64,000 nucleotides of DNA from Aureitalea marina (GTDB taxonomy: Bacteria; Bacteroidota; Bacteroidia; Flavobacteriales; Flavobacteriaceae): positions 2,767,653 to 2,831,652 of the forward strand of contig NZ_MQUB01000001.1 in the NCBI RefSeq assembly GCF_002943755.1. The letters are read 5' to 3'. The position numbers and the translations under genes are program-made. The notes beneath the pieces are model-generated. The model saw nothing but the letters and a program-made list of their open reading frames with translations, searched no databases and was not told the origin of the DNA. Positions 1-10,500 of this stretch are shown piece after piece. Within the stretch, counting starts at the first letter, position 1; every line of letters starts with the position of its first letter.

Positions 1-405
1 ACCGTTAGACGGGGATCTGTTGTAAATGCGGTTGACCTCAGAGGAGAAGGGGTTATTATCCGCAACAACGGAAAAGTAGTCGATACGCGACGAGCGCGTC
101 GTGCGGACAAGGTTAGAGCCTGTTTTACGCTAACACCAAACCCGATTGCGGAAAAAGGAGACCGCACGCTTTATGTACAAGTGATCAACCCTGCAAACAA
201 CTTGTTGGGCTCAAAATCGGTTTTGGAGTTTGACGAAGGAACCCTGAATTATAGTGCTCAAACCAATGTTTTCTACGAGAATGAAGAGTTGGATGTATGC
301 GTAATCGTCGATGCAGACGAGAACGACTTGATCAAAGGACAATATGTGATCAATGTTTTTGATGGTCCAAATCAGGTTGCAACAGCATCTATGACCCTGA
401 AGTAA
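1..405 (+). CDS. 3' end of an unidentified protein (C-terminal ~134 aa; the ORF continues in frame from position 1, so it is truncated by the window edge)
   Basis: Frame 1 is open from nt 1 to the TAA at 403-405. The six-frame track shows only the Met-initiated tail (181..405). No recognisable motif. Confidence 0.4.
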   Translation, partial: TVRRGSVVNAVDLRGEGVIIRNNGKVVDTRRARRADKVRACFTLTPNPIAEKGDRTLYVQVINPANNLLGSKSVLEFDEGTLNYSAQTNVFYENEELDVCVIVDADENDLIKGQYVINVFDGPNQVATASMTLK

Positions 406-427
406 TTGCTTCACATTTAAAAAGTTC

Positions 428-466
428 AACCGCCGCGGTCTAATCGCGGCGGTTTTTTATTTTTGC
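428..466 (+). terminator. Rho-independent terminator (GC-rich hairpin CCGCCGCGGTCTAATCGCGGCGG followed by a T-run) after the upstream gene; its T-run abuts the glyQS start
   Basis: Perfect 9-bp GC stem with a 5-nt loop and a TTTTTTATTTTT tail, seen directly in the sequence. Confidence 0.6.
458..465 (+). promoter_or_regulatory. Candidate Bacteroidota -7 box (TATTTTTG fits TAnnTTTG) 5 nt upstream of the glyQS ATG; implies a very short or leaderless transcript
   Basis: Motif match inside the terminator T-tract. No clear -33 TTTG upstream. Confidence 0.25.
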
Positions 467-469
467 GCC

Positions 470-2008
470 ATGGCAAACAATGACGATCAATTCAAAAGAG
501 TAGTGGCCCATGCCAAGGAGTATGGGTATATCTTCGGTTCCAGTGAGATCTATGATGGTCTTAGCGCGGTTTATGACTATGCCCAAAACGGCGTCGAACT
601 GAAAAATAATATCCGCCAGTACTGGTGGACTAGCATGGTGAAAATGCACCAGAACATAGTCGGGATAGACGCGGCTATACTGATGCACCCTACCACCTGG
701 AAAGCTTCAGGTCACGTGGATGCTTTCAATGACCCGCTTATAGACAACAAAGACTCCAAGAAACGCTACCGTGCTGATGTATTGATCGAAGATTATGCTG
801 AGAAATTAGAGCAAAAGGTCCAAAAGGAGATCGCCAAGGCCAAAAAGCGATTTGGAGAATCCTTCGATGAGACTCAGTTTGTATCTACTCATCCTAGAGT
901 TGTTGGTTATCGTCAAAAGAAAGAGGAAGTCCTGGCCAGAATGGCTCGTTCCTTAGACAATAACGATCTGGCCGATGTAAAGGCGCTGATCGAAGAGTTG
1001 GGAATAGCCGATCCTGAAACCGGTTCAAAGAACTGGACCGAGGTCAGACAGTTCAACCTGATGTTTGGCACCAAGTTGGGAGCTTCTGCCGAGCATGCGA
1101 CAGATCTGTATTTGAGACCTGAAACTGCTCAGGGGATCTTTGTCAATTTCCTAAATGTGCAGAAGACCGGTCGTATGAAGGTGCCCTTTGGTATCGCACA
1201 AACAGGGAAGGCCTTCCGAAATGAGATCGTCGCCCGGCAGTTCATCTTTAGGATGCGGGAATTTGAACAAATGGAGATGCAGTTCTTCGTTCGTCCAGGA
1301 GAGGAAATGAAATGGTACGAATACTGGAAAGAAACCCGTCTGAAGTGGCATTTGTCCCTGGGTCTGGGCGCGGATAACTATCGTTTCCACGATCATGAAA
1401 AACTTGCCCATTATGCCAATGCGGCCACTGATATTGAATTTAAGTTCCCATTTGGATTCAAAGAACTGGAAGGAATTCACTCCAGAACGGATTTCGACCT
1501 GAAGGCACATGAAGAATACAGCGGTAAGAAGCTACAGTTCTTTGATCCGGAACTCAACGAAAGCTATGTGCCTTATGTGGTGGAGACTTCCATCGGATTG
1601 GACCGGATGTTCCTGGCGGTTTTCAGCAATAGCTTGAAAGAAGAAACCTTGGAGGACGGAAGTACCAGAACAGTTCTGGCCTTACCGGCCATATTGGCTC
1701 CAGTAAAGGCTGCCGTGCTGCCTTTAATCAAAAGAGACGGCTTGCCAGAGATCGCCCACCAGATCATCGATATGCTCAAATGGGATTACCAGGTACAGTA
1801 CGACGAAAAGGATGCTGTGGGCCGGCGATATCGTCGCCAGGATGCCGTAGGCACCCCATTCTGTATCACAGTAGACCATCAGACCAAAGATGACCAAACG
1901 GTGACCCTGAGGCATCGGGATAGCATGGAGCAGGAACGGGTCGAGATATCCGATCTTCCAGCGAAGATGGCTAGCTTATTGGAAGTTAAGAGTTGGTTAG
2001 CTTCTTAA
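470..2008 (+). CDS. glyQS: Glycine--tRNA ligase (class II, homodimeric GlyQS type)
   Basis: 512 aa. The N-terminal YGYIFGSSEIYDGLSAVYDYAQNGVELKNNIRQYWW motif is characteristic of dimeric GlyRS. The length is typical. Confidence 0.9.
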   Translation: MANNDDQFKRVVAHAKEYGYIFGSSEIYDGLSAVYDYAQNGVELKNNIRQYWWTSMVKMHQNIVGIDAAILMHPTTWKASGHVDAFNDPLIDNKDSKKRYRADVLIEDYAEKLEQKVQKEIAKAKKRFGESFDETQFVSTHPRVVGYRQKKEEVLARMARSLDNNDLADVKALIEELGIADPETGSKNWTEVRQFNLMFGTKLGASAEHATDLYLRPETAQGIFVNFLNVQKTGRMKVPFGIAQTGKAFRNEIVARQFIFRMREFEQMEMQFFVRPGEEMKWYEYWKETRLKWHLSLGLGADNYRFHDHEKLAHYANAATDIEFKFPFGFKELEGIHSRTDFDLKAHEEYSGKKLQFFDPELNESYVPYVVETSIGLDRMFLAVFSNSLKEETLEDGSTRTVLALPAILAPVKAAVLPLIKRDGLPEIAHQIIDMLKWDYQVQYDEKDAVGRRYRRQDAVGTPFCITVDHQTKDDQTVTLRHRDSMEQERVEISDLPAKMASLLEVKSWLAS

Positions 2009-2151
2009 AACACTCCTATCCACTGGTCTTTTCATAGTAATGAGGTAGCTTGGGAACAGGGATTGTGCCCTTAGAAAGTGCTTCTAAATTATTGCCTTTT
2101 AAATAATTGGTGGTATTTTTATGCAATCAACAATTTATTAAACTTATCCTA

Positions 2152-4014
2152 ATGAAAATCAAATTCTACTTTCTACTTGCATGTTGCTTATGTCTGGGAG
2201 TTTCGACTCCTTTAAATGCCCAGCAGGTGACTACAGGAGCAGAGATCATTACTCCCAGTGATTTCTTTATCACTGCCCCGTTGAGAGACCTTCCAATGGC
2301 GGATTTGAATAACCTCTCTCCAAAAGAGACCCCGAGAGGTACAGAGAGTCAACGCAAAGCGGCATTGGCCGAATTCTTGAAAGGAGCAGGAGCCAGTCCA
2401 ACCCAGGTTGATCCATTGGCTCAAACCGAACCACAAACCAGAGCGGGAGATGATCCATTACTCAGTTTTGACGGTGTAAACGTTAGTAATCTTTTTCCTC
2501 CGGATCCAACTGCGGCAGTAGGTCCTAATCACATTGTTCAGATGACCAACCGATTCTGGGGTGTATGGGATAAAGAAGGTAATCTCGAACCAGGGTTCCC
2601 TAAGAACATCAACGACCCAATTGGTGGTTCTATCTCCGGAGATCCTATCGTTCTTTATGATCGTGAGGCCGATCGTTGGTTTATTTCGCAATTTCAGTTT
2701 GGAAGCTCGCTTCGATTTGCAGTTTCTGAAACTCCAGATCCAACTGGATCTTACTTTGTGTATTCATTCCCGCTATCGTCAAATGACTACCCACACTATT
2801 CCATTTACGGGAACAGTTACATCGTAGCTGGTAACTTTTCTCCATCTGGAAGATTCCTGGCCTTTAACCGTGAAAAGATTTTAGCTGGAGATCCTTCGGC
2901 AGAAGCTGTAACATTGACTATGCCTGGATTCCGTCCGGGAACAGTATTCCGTGCTCCTCAACCAGTTCACTCTGAAGGCGCGGGTGCTGCAGCTGGTTCC
3001 GCACCTATTGTATGGTTCCATGACGATGCTTGGGGTGGAGTTTCTCAAGATGCTGCCGTAGTTTGGGAGTTCGATGTAGACTGGAACAACCCAGGTAGTG
3101 CTTCAGTGACCGGACCGATTGAAATTCCATTGGCGGACTTCGACTCATTTATTGCTGGAACAGGAGGAGATGCTTTTGCCAACTTGGCGCAGCCAGGTGT
3201 AAGCCAACGTATCGATGCCTTGGTACACGTTATGAACTTCCAGGCACATCGTTATGACTTTGGAACGCATGAGTCCATGATCTTTAACTTCGTTGTCGAG
3301 ATCAACAACGGTAGCCGTCAAGCAGGACTGCGCTGGGTTGAATTGAGACGTTCTGGCGGTGGAGACTGGGAACTCTATCAGGAAGGAACTTATGTTGATC
3401 CTACCGGTAATGATGAAAGCGTATTCATGGGAGCCATGAGTATGGACCAGGAAGGGAATATGGCCATGGGTTATATCAAGACTGGGCCCGATACTTTTCC
3501 ATCGCTGTATTACACAGGAAGAGCTCCAGGTGACGATCTAGGTCAGATGACCATTCAGGAAACGCTGATCGTGGCAGGTACAAATTCCATCAACCAAGGG
3601 AACTCTCGTTATGGAGATTACGGTCAATTGGTGCGTGATCCAGTAGATGACCTGACCTTCTGGTATACTAGCCAGTATTCAGGGTCTTCTCCAGAGCGTA
3701 CGCGAATTGCGGCCTTCAAGATCTCAGAAGAACTTTCTGTTGACGAATTACAGGCGGCTGAGACCGATTTTGTGATCACTTCTTCAGACAACCGCATATT
3801 CGATGTTAACTTGTTGAGCAACTCTACTAATGATATGCTTAGACTATCAGTTTATGATGTCCTCGGAAACCGAGTTATCTATTCTCAGGTAAAGAAGAAT
3901 TCATCAGGAGTTTATTACCAGCAATTGGATATGAATGGTAAGGCCAGCGGGGTTTACATTGTAAGTGTAGGGAACGCTAAAACGAAGATGACCAAGCAGA
4001 TCATCGTTCGCTAA
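2152..4014 (+). CDS. Secreted protein with a T9SS (Por) C-terminal sorting domain; paralog of the N-terminal domain of the 4555..7506 protein. The ORF opens at 2107, but the likely start is the Met at 2152 (MKIKFYFLLACCLCLGVSTPLNAQ signal peptide).
   Basis: N-terminal signal peptide. The C-terminal ~80 aa (LSVYDVLGNRVIY...GVYIVSVGNAKTKMTKQIIVR) match the T9SS type-A CTD pattern. Blocks shared with the neighbour include AVGPNH, RW(F/V) and YYTGR...RYGDY...D..TFW. Confidence 0.6.
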   Translation: MKIKFYFLLACCLCLGVSTPLNAQQVTTGAEIITPSDFFITAPLRDLPMADLNNLSPKETPRGTESQRKAALAEFLKGAGASPTQVDPLAQTEPQTRAGDDPLLSFDGVNVSNLFPPDPTAAVGPNHIVQMTNRFWGVWDKEGNLEPGFPKNINDPIGGSISGDPIVLYDREADRWFISQFQFGSSLRFAVSETPDPTGSYFVYSFPLSSNDYPHYSIYGNSYIVAGNFSPSGRFLAFNREKILAGDPSAEAVTLTMPGFRPGTVFRAPQPVHSEGAGAAAGSAPIVWFHDDAWGGVSQDAAVVWEFDVDWNNPGSASVTGPIEIPLADFDSFIAGTGGDAFANLAQPGVSQRIDALVHVMNFQAHRYDFGTHESMIFNFVVEINNGSRQAGLRWVELRRSGGGDWELYQEGTYVDPTGNDESVFMGAMSMDQEGNMAMGYIKTGPDTFPSLYYTGRAPGDDLGQMTIQETLIVAGTNSINQGNSRYGDYGQLVRDPVDDLTFWYTSQYSGSSPERTRIAAFKISEELSVDELQAAETDFVITSSDNRIFDVNLLSNSTNDMLRLSVYDVLGNRVIYSQVKKNSSGVYYQQLDMNGKASGVYIVSVGNAKTKMTKQIIVR

Positions 4015-4023
4015 GGTCAAAGA

Positions 4024-4056
4024 CATACTCATAAAAAAGAGGGGAATTATTCCCCT
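4024..4056. terminator. Bidirectional intrinsic terminator (AGAGGGGAAT/ATTCCCCTCT hairpin, with an A-run on one side and a T-run on the other) between convergent genes
   Basis: Perfect 10-bp inverted repeat flanked by A6 and T8. Confidence 0.6.
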
Positions 4057-4409
4057 CTTTTTTTTATCTCTTCAATGGCGATCGGATTGGCCTTTTGACA
4101 CCGGTTAGCCATTCTAAGTCCCCGGAATTTAAACCAGACCTTCAACCCTTCAGTTTTAAAGGCATCGTCTATCTCTACAGGGTCATAGTAGGTGGTGGTG
4201 TCTGTTCCCTCCAATCTTATCGTTACGGGGCAATCTCGAGGTTCGTCCGATAATACTACGGTTCCGGCTGCAAAACCTTCGGCAATCATTTTTTCTGCAT
4301 TGGTCTCCACGGGAATGGTATTGTCGGATTTGTTTTTTGTAGATGAGCAAGATATTAGCAATAGAGTTGAAACTCCAATCGAAAAGTATCGTAAAAAATT
4401 CATAATCAA
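4047..4409 (-). CDS. Small lipoprotein (120 aa) of unknown function
   Basis: Lipobox LLLISCSS. Sits between the two T9SS paralogs on the opposite strand. Confidence 0.45.
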   Translation of the reverse strand: MIMNFLRYFSIGVSTLLLISCSSTKNKSDNTIPVETNAEKMIAEGFAAGTVVLSDEPRDCPVTIRLEGTDTTTYYDPVEIDDAFKTEGLKVWFKFRGLRMANRCQKANPIAIEEIKKRGE

Positions 4410-4554
4410 TATGTTTTAGTTGGTTAGTTCAAAAGCAGTGCCAAGAATTCATATAGTCTAGCAGAATTTTCCAAGAGTTCTGATAAAAATTTCACTTTCC
4501 TACGCAAAAAACTCTTATTTTCGGCAGAATTACTTAAAAATAACTAATAATACG

Positions 4555-7506
4555 ATGAAATTACAATTATCCCTATTATTCGTCTTGGCATTGATCTCCT
4601 CTGGTGTTTCTGCACAACAGGTCAGTAGTGAAGGCGCGTTTTACACGGGACAAGTGGCTTCTATGCGTTATGTAGAACCATTATCCTCCCGGACTAACCT
4701 GATCCCTGCTGAGGATCGAACTGGAGAGGCCCAAGATGGACGCTCTTCACGTCCGGAAGTCATTCCCGGTAAAGACCCTCAGACTACAAATGATTACTTT
4801 GCAAGCAATCCGCATCCCATGACCGGGAAGATTGCTTCTCGTTCGCCGCTGATCGTCTTTGACGCCTCGGCATCCAGCTCTCAACCAACAGACCCGTCTC
4901 TGGCGGTTGGTCCTAATCACGTTATTTCGGTTTTTAATACCGGATTCGTGATCTTCAATGACAAGTTGGATCCAGCCAATAACAATACTGGACAACTATC
5001 AGTGACCAATATCTTCTCAGGTGGAGGTTGTTGTGACCTTACCGTTTCTTATGATTCTGCAGCGGACCGCTGGGTTTTGAGTTATCTCTTTGTAGGTGCT
5101 GGTGCCGAGATCGCTGTTTCTGACGGACCAGATCCAAACACAGCCGGCTGGTACGTATACAGTATTCCACAGATCAATGATTACCAAAAATTATCTGTTT
5201 GGAGTGATGGTTATTACATTACCGATAATGTAGGTGGATCAAACCGTGTATGGGCTCTTGAAAGAGATGCACTTCTGGCTGGAGACCCGGCAGCGAGTAT
5301 CCAAGGGTTCAACTTGCCAGGAATTGTTACAAGCGGTTTCTTTAGCCCGCAAGCGTTGAATGTGACTGACGACAATATGCCAGCTGACGGAAATGCGACT
5401 ATCATCTACCTACAGGATGATGCCTGGAGTGGAGTTTCTTTTGATCACTTCAAGATCTGGACCATCGATGCAGATTTTGACAATCCCGGAAACTCAACTG
5501 TTTCTGCACCAACCGAGATAGCTACCGATCCGTTCATCTCTGTATTTGACGGAGGTAGCTTTTCTAACCTGACTCAACCAGGTGGAGGTGTTGCTATTGA
5601 TGCCCTACAGGCTACTATCATGAACCAGGCTCAATTCCGTAAGTTCCCTGCTTACAACTCGGCCCTGTTCAACTTTGTGGTGGATGTAGATGCTACATCT
5701 GGAGAGAAAGCAGGTGTTCGCTGGTTCGAATTACGACAAGATGGAGATGGCCAGCCTTGGACTGTTTATCAGGAAGGAACTTACACATCTCCTGATACTC
5801 CAACCGGAGGTGAGAAGCACGCCTGGCATGCCAGTTTGATGATGGATGGTTCTGGAAATATCGGGATGGGTTACTCGGCTATGACAGTCGATCCTAGTGA
5901 CCCCAACCCAATACGTGTTAGTTCTTATTACACCGGACGTTATGCTAGTGACCCATTAGGGACCATGACCATAGAAGAAGAACTTATCGCCAATGGTAAC
6001 GCGAACATCCCTGGATTGCGATATGGTGATTACAGTAAGATCGATATCGATCCGGTGAATGACAAGACCTTCTGGTTTATCAATGAATACATGAACAGTG
6101 GGCGTAAGAACGTGGTGGGTGTGTTTCAAATCACTCCAAACTTCAATAACGATGCAGGAGTGGTCAGTATCGATACACCTGTAACAGGAACCCTATCGGA
6201 TTCAGAAGAAATCACAGTTACTATTTTTAACTACGGTCTGGATCCTATCGCTGATTTTGATGTGACCTATCAGGTAGATGGTGGAGCTGTGGTCACAGAA
6301 ACTTTCAATGGGACCATAGAGTCTACCGAGACTGCCCAGTTCAGCTTTGTAACACTAGCTGATCTGAGTACTGTTGGTCAGACCTATTCCATTACTGCAT
6401 CGACTGCCCTGGCAGGAGATGAGGATAACGGAAACGATTCTACGACCAAGGAGGTTACCTTTTTGGAGCCTAACGATTTAGGTGTAACGGCTATTACAGC
6501 TCCTCAGTCCGGAACCAACCTGCCAGCTGATGCCGAGATCACGGTGACCATTACCAACTTTGGAGGTGAATCTCAATCTAACTTTGATGTGACCTACAAC
6601 TTGGACGGTAATGAAGTGACTGAACAGGTTGCAGGGCCTTTGGCTGGAAACTCTGAGCTTAGCTACACATTTACGCAAACAGCCGATCTTTCTGCTTTTG
6701 GGTCATATTCACTCAGTGCGAGAACAGATCTTCCAACGGATAGTGATAACACCAACGATGAAACTGCGGTGACCATTGTCAATTCCAATTGCGAGCCAGG
6801 TGCAAACTGTACTTTGGGAGATGGTATTGTCAGACTTCAGTTGGAGAATGTGGATAACAATTCGGGTTGCGATCCGGACGGTTACGGGAATTACACCAAC
6901 CTGATCGTAGAGCTACCAACTCCGGATGCAGACTATGATCTGACCATAACCACTGGCTATGGGAATCAGTTTGTACGTGCCTGGATCGATTTCAATGACG
7001 ATTTCGTCTTTACCATTGACGAATTAGTTGTGAACAACTACGAGATTGCAGACGGACAAGGTGCCGGGGATTATACAGAAACCATGACCCTTAGTGTTCC
7101 CGCAAGTGCCAGTCCTGGTCAGCACCTCATGCGTGTGAAGACTAACTGGAACGCTCCTGTTCCTGATGATGCTTGTGAGGAGACGACCTATGGTGAAACA
7201 GAGGACTATCTGGCAGAGATCGGCGTTCTATCTTTTGGTGACAACCAAGTGAGCAGTGAGGACCTGGTAATCATTCACCAAGGGAACAACTTGTTCGAAG
7301 TGACCATGATCAGTCCAAATGGTCCGGAAAAACTAGAACTCTCTGTTTACAATATCCTGGGTCAACAGATCCTTAACCGACGCCTGGAATCCAATAATGG
7401 AACGTATAACTACCAGCTGAACATGAACTATGTTTCGTCTGGGGTCTATATGGTCCGATTGGGAACCAGTCAGGGAGGATTGGTAAAAAAGATCGTTGTG
7501 CGATAA
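4555..7506 (+). CDS. Large T9SS-secreted multidomain protein. From N to C: signal peptide, ~480-aa domain paralogous to the 2152..4014 protein, two CARDB-like repeats, a GEVED domain, then a T9SS C-terminal sorting domain.
   Basis: 983 aa, signal peptide MKLQLSLLFVLALISSGVSAQ. Two ~100-aa repeats have the CARDB pattern (ITVTIFNYG...FDVTYQVDG... and ITVTITNFG...FDVTYNLDG...). A block ending ...TTYGETEDYLAEI fits the GEVED signature. The C-terminal LELSVYNILGQQILN...GVYMVRLGTSQGGLVKKIVVR is T9SS CTD-like. Confidence 0.7.
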   Translation: MKLQLSLLFVLALISSGVSAQQVSSEGAFYTGQVASMRYVEPLSSRTNLIPAEDRTGEAQDGRSSRPEVIPGKDPQTTNDYFASNPHPMTGKIASRSPLIVFDASASSSQPTDPSLAVGPNHVISVFNTGFVIFNDKLDPANNNTGQLSVTNIFSGGGCCDLTVSYDSAADRWVLSYLFVGAGAEIAVSDGPDPNTAGWYVYSIPQINDYQKLSVWSDGYYITDNVGGSNRVWALERDALLAGDPAASIQGFNLPGIVTSGFFSPQALNVTDDNMPADGNATIIYLQDDAWSGVSFDHFKIWTIDADFDNPGNSTVSAPTEIATDPFISVFDGGSFSNLTQPGGGVAIDALQATIMNQAQFRKFPAYNSALFNFVVDVDATSGEKAGVRWFELRQDGDGQPWTVYQEGTYTSPDTPTGGEKHAWHASLMMDGSGNIGMGYSAMTVDPSDPNPIRVSSYYTGRYASDPLGTMTIEEELIANGNANIPGLRYGDYSKIDIDPVNDKTFWFINEYMNSGRKNVVGVFQITPNFNNDAGVVSIDTPVTGTLSDSEEITVTIFNYGLDPIADFDVTYQVDGGAVVTETFNGTIESTETAQFSFVTLADLSTVGQTYSITASTALAGDEDNGNDSTTKEVTFLEPNDLGVTAITAPQSGTNLPADAEITVTITNFGGESQSNFDVTYNLDGNEVTEQVAGPLAGNSELSYTFTQTADLSAFGSYSLSARTDLPTDSDNTNDETAVTIVNSNCEPGANCTLGDGIVRLQLENVDNNSGCDPDGYGNYTNLIVELPTPDADYDLTITTGYGNQFVRAWIDFNDDFVFTIDELVVNNYEIADGQGAGDYTETMTLSVPASASPGQHLMRVKTNWNAPVPDDACEETTYGETEDYLAEIGVLSFGDNQVSSEDLVIIHQGNNLFEVTMISPNGPEKLELSVYNILGQQILNRRLESNNGTYNYQLNMNYVSSGVYMVRLGTSQGGLVKKIVVR

Positions 7507-7526
7507 CAACCACAAAACAGATTCAT

Positions 7527-7556
7527 AAAGGGGGCTTTTTGCCCCCTTTTTTAATT
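7527..7556. terminator. Bidirectional terminator hairpin (AAAGGGGGC-TTTTT-GCCCCCTTT) between convergent genes
   Basis: Perfect G5C/GC5 stem with flanking A and T runs. Confidence 0.6.
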
Positions 7557-7557
7557 T

Positions 7558-10500
7558 TTAGAAGTAGGCCCTTAGTTGGATGCTTCCAGTGTGGATGGTT
7601 TCTGAATCCTCACTCTTTCGGCCAAAGTAGGTCAGGTTGGCGTCCAGGAATTTGGTGATCCGTTTTTGTAGGAGCAGGTTCCAGGTGAAATTGGTGCCCG
7701 GCTGCAGCCCCTCCAACATTTGGTAGGCTACGGGAGAAAAAGCACTGCCCTCAAACTGATTGTCTATATAATTGAATTCACCGTTCAAGGAGATCTTTTC
7801 AGCATTGTTATAGGCAAAGGACAAGCCCAGGGTATGCTGATCCAATTGTTCCATATCTCCCAATCCGTTTTCTTTATTTCGGAATTCGTAGAAGACATCA
7901 AAGCGGGTTTGTCTGTTCAAGAGGTAGGAAACCTTTGGTGCCAGTTGGTAGTTGTCGATCTTAAAATTTCGACTGGCAAAATTTTCCGATTCGCTCTCAT
8001 TGGTCCCCAGACTACCTTTCATATTGAGTAACCAAAGATCCTGAACCTTATGGGTGAAATTCAACTGATGACTTTTCAGACTATTCTGTTGAAGCCCCAA
8101 GGAGATTAGGTTGTTGGTCGATGAAGAGACAAAAGTATAACTGGTAGTGTAGCGTTGCTTACCGCGGTTAAAGAAGAGTGAATTCCGAATATTCAGGGAC
8201 AATCCCAGCTGATCCTCGTCGCTATTATCAAAGGGACTAATATTGAGTTCGTCATCCCGGCGAACCTTCCTGTCGACGATGTAGGTAGTCTGATTGTAGA
8301 AATGGGATAGAAACTTCTTGAAGCCTTCTTCAGACGACCAAGACTGTGGGTTGAGTATCAGGGTTTGGCTAAAACGATTGTCCCGGGTTTTTACAAAGAC
8401 CTGGTTGGGGAGCAATACCCGTATATATTCGGCCTGATCTGAAAACTGGGCGACCTCAAATTCTTCCAGCTCCTGTATGCCATTGTCGTTGTAATCGATC
8501 CAAGTGTAGATTCCTTGTCCTGGTTCTACCTGGATGTATGTGAATTCCTGCTGTGCCAATACGCCATTGTTGGACTCATAGACCGTGGTCCATCGGATTC
8601 CGCCACCAAGGACGGATTGATTGTAGACCAAACGGGAGTTTAGGCTCTTTTCATCCTCATCATCTCCATCCTGATCTTCCAAGACCCGGTAATTGACAAA
8701 CAGGGACAATTGTGCGTTGGGTTTATTTAGTACGCGGGATTTTAGGAAGACCGTATTAGACGAATTCACCGCAACCAGGGCATTCTCTCGGACACTGTCG
8801 TTGGCTTGGTATCGGTATCCAATTTCGGCAAACACCTTAGTGCTATCTCCTATCCCGGTATAGACCTCATATGACTGTAAGCGCTGGCTAATGGGAGTCA
8901 GGCTATCGTTTGCAGTCCTGACAACCTCGTTGTCCTCGGTATTGTATTTAGCACCGGCCCAGGCATTTTCCCAGGAATGAGCCAGATTGATATCGGCCCT
9001 GAAGAACTGCGAATCCTCCACATCCGATTCGCTGTCCAGAACGCTCCCATTGACCAGGAATTGCCAATTGCCAATCCGATAGAATCCGGCCAAAAGATGC
9101 CGATAACCACTAAAATTCTCTGAGAAATCGAGGTTTTGAAATTGGTAACGGGCATTGCCGTGCCCCAAGTGTCCCAGTTCTAAACCGGCAGTTACAAAGC
9201 GCTGATCACCCAAGGGATTAGTCAGGTTCCAATCCCGGTTAAATTCTACATTGTAGAGGATCTCCACGGTTCTGAAATCCTGGTTGATATAATCCAGACC
9301 GGCCAAAAGATCCAGTTGCAGGCTATCTTCCTTTTTCTTCAGGCCTTGCCTGATGTTCAAATGGGCTGCAAAACCGTCATTGTCGTCATCGTCCAGTTCG
9401 GAGAAGCGGTTAAGGTCGTTATAGCTGCCTGCCATTTCGAAATCGATACGCGTCCGCTCCGTGGGGCGATAACTCCCATTTACTCCCCCACATGTAAATT
9501 GACTGGTGGCACCAATTGCACAATGGACTCATAGTTTCCCTGTGGGATCCCATTTGCTGGAGGAACGTATTCAAAGATGGTATTGATCGCACTTTCGTTG
9601 GAGATCACATAGTTACCTTGATTGTCACCTACCAAGGAAAATCGGACACTGAAGAGTTCATCCGCGGGATTGGTCGAGAACACAAAAACTTCGACCCCTC
9701 CAATGATCTCTTTCCTGTAGAGGATCTTATTCTCTGAGAAACTATCGGGAACTGCAGAAGGAGCCTGCATCTTGGAGCGATCGTCCCCGGCCTCGGCCAA
9801 AACCTGAACTTGCTCTTCTGTCAAACTTTGTTGCAAGGGCTGGTTCTTAGCGTCGTTCTCTGAATAAATATAAGCCCCAATGTCTAGTTTACTACTGGTA
9901 TAATTACCCCCGCCATATCCTATGAAGCGGGTATAGTTTTGATCCGTGTATTGATATTCTACGGTGATCCGCATATTGGTGGTGATGGGGTAGGTGGGGT
10001 TAAATCGAATTTCCCCGGCATTGTAATCGATCACATAATCCTTATTTTCACCCCTTTCCAATAGCAATCCATTGACAAAGACCCTTTCGCTTCCGGAGAT
10101 GATCAGGATGAATAACTCACCATTGGGACCCACAAGCTTGTAGGGCCCTTGATTCCCTTCCTGGGCGGTGAATTGACTTCTCTGGAAAACACCTCTTACC
10201 AAGGCTCCGGCGGCAAAAGCCGAAGTTTTGGCTCCATTCTCGTGCTCTACCGAACCCCCCAGGGAAATACCTTGCACCTTCTTGGTAAACTTCCCGAAAT
10301 AGGTGTTGTTGTTGATTAGATCCACATCCCCTGCGCGGATGTTCCAGTTCTTCCCGAAGAGTTCTATAAAGATCTGGTCGAATTCATCCAGATTTTGGGA
10401 ATAACCACCTTCTTGGGTTGGGATATTGGCATCCTGTATGGAGGCCCGAATAGATACCTTCTCACTTAAACGCCCGGTGATCTGCAGATCTAATTGGGAG

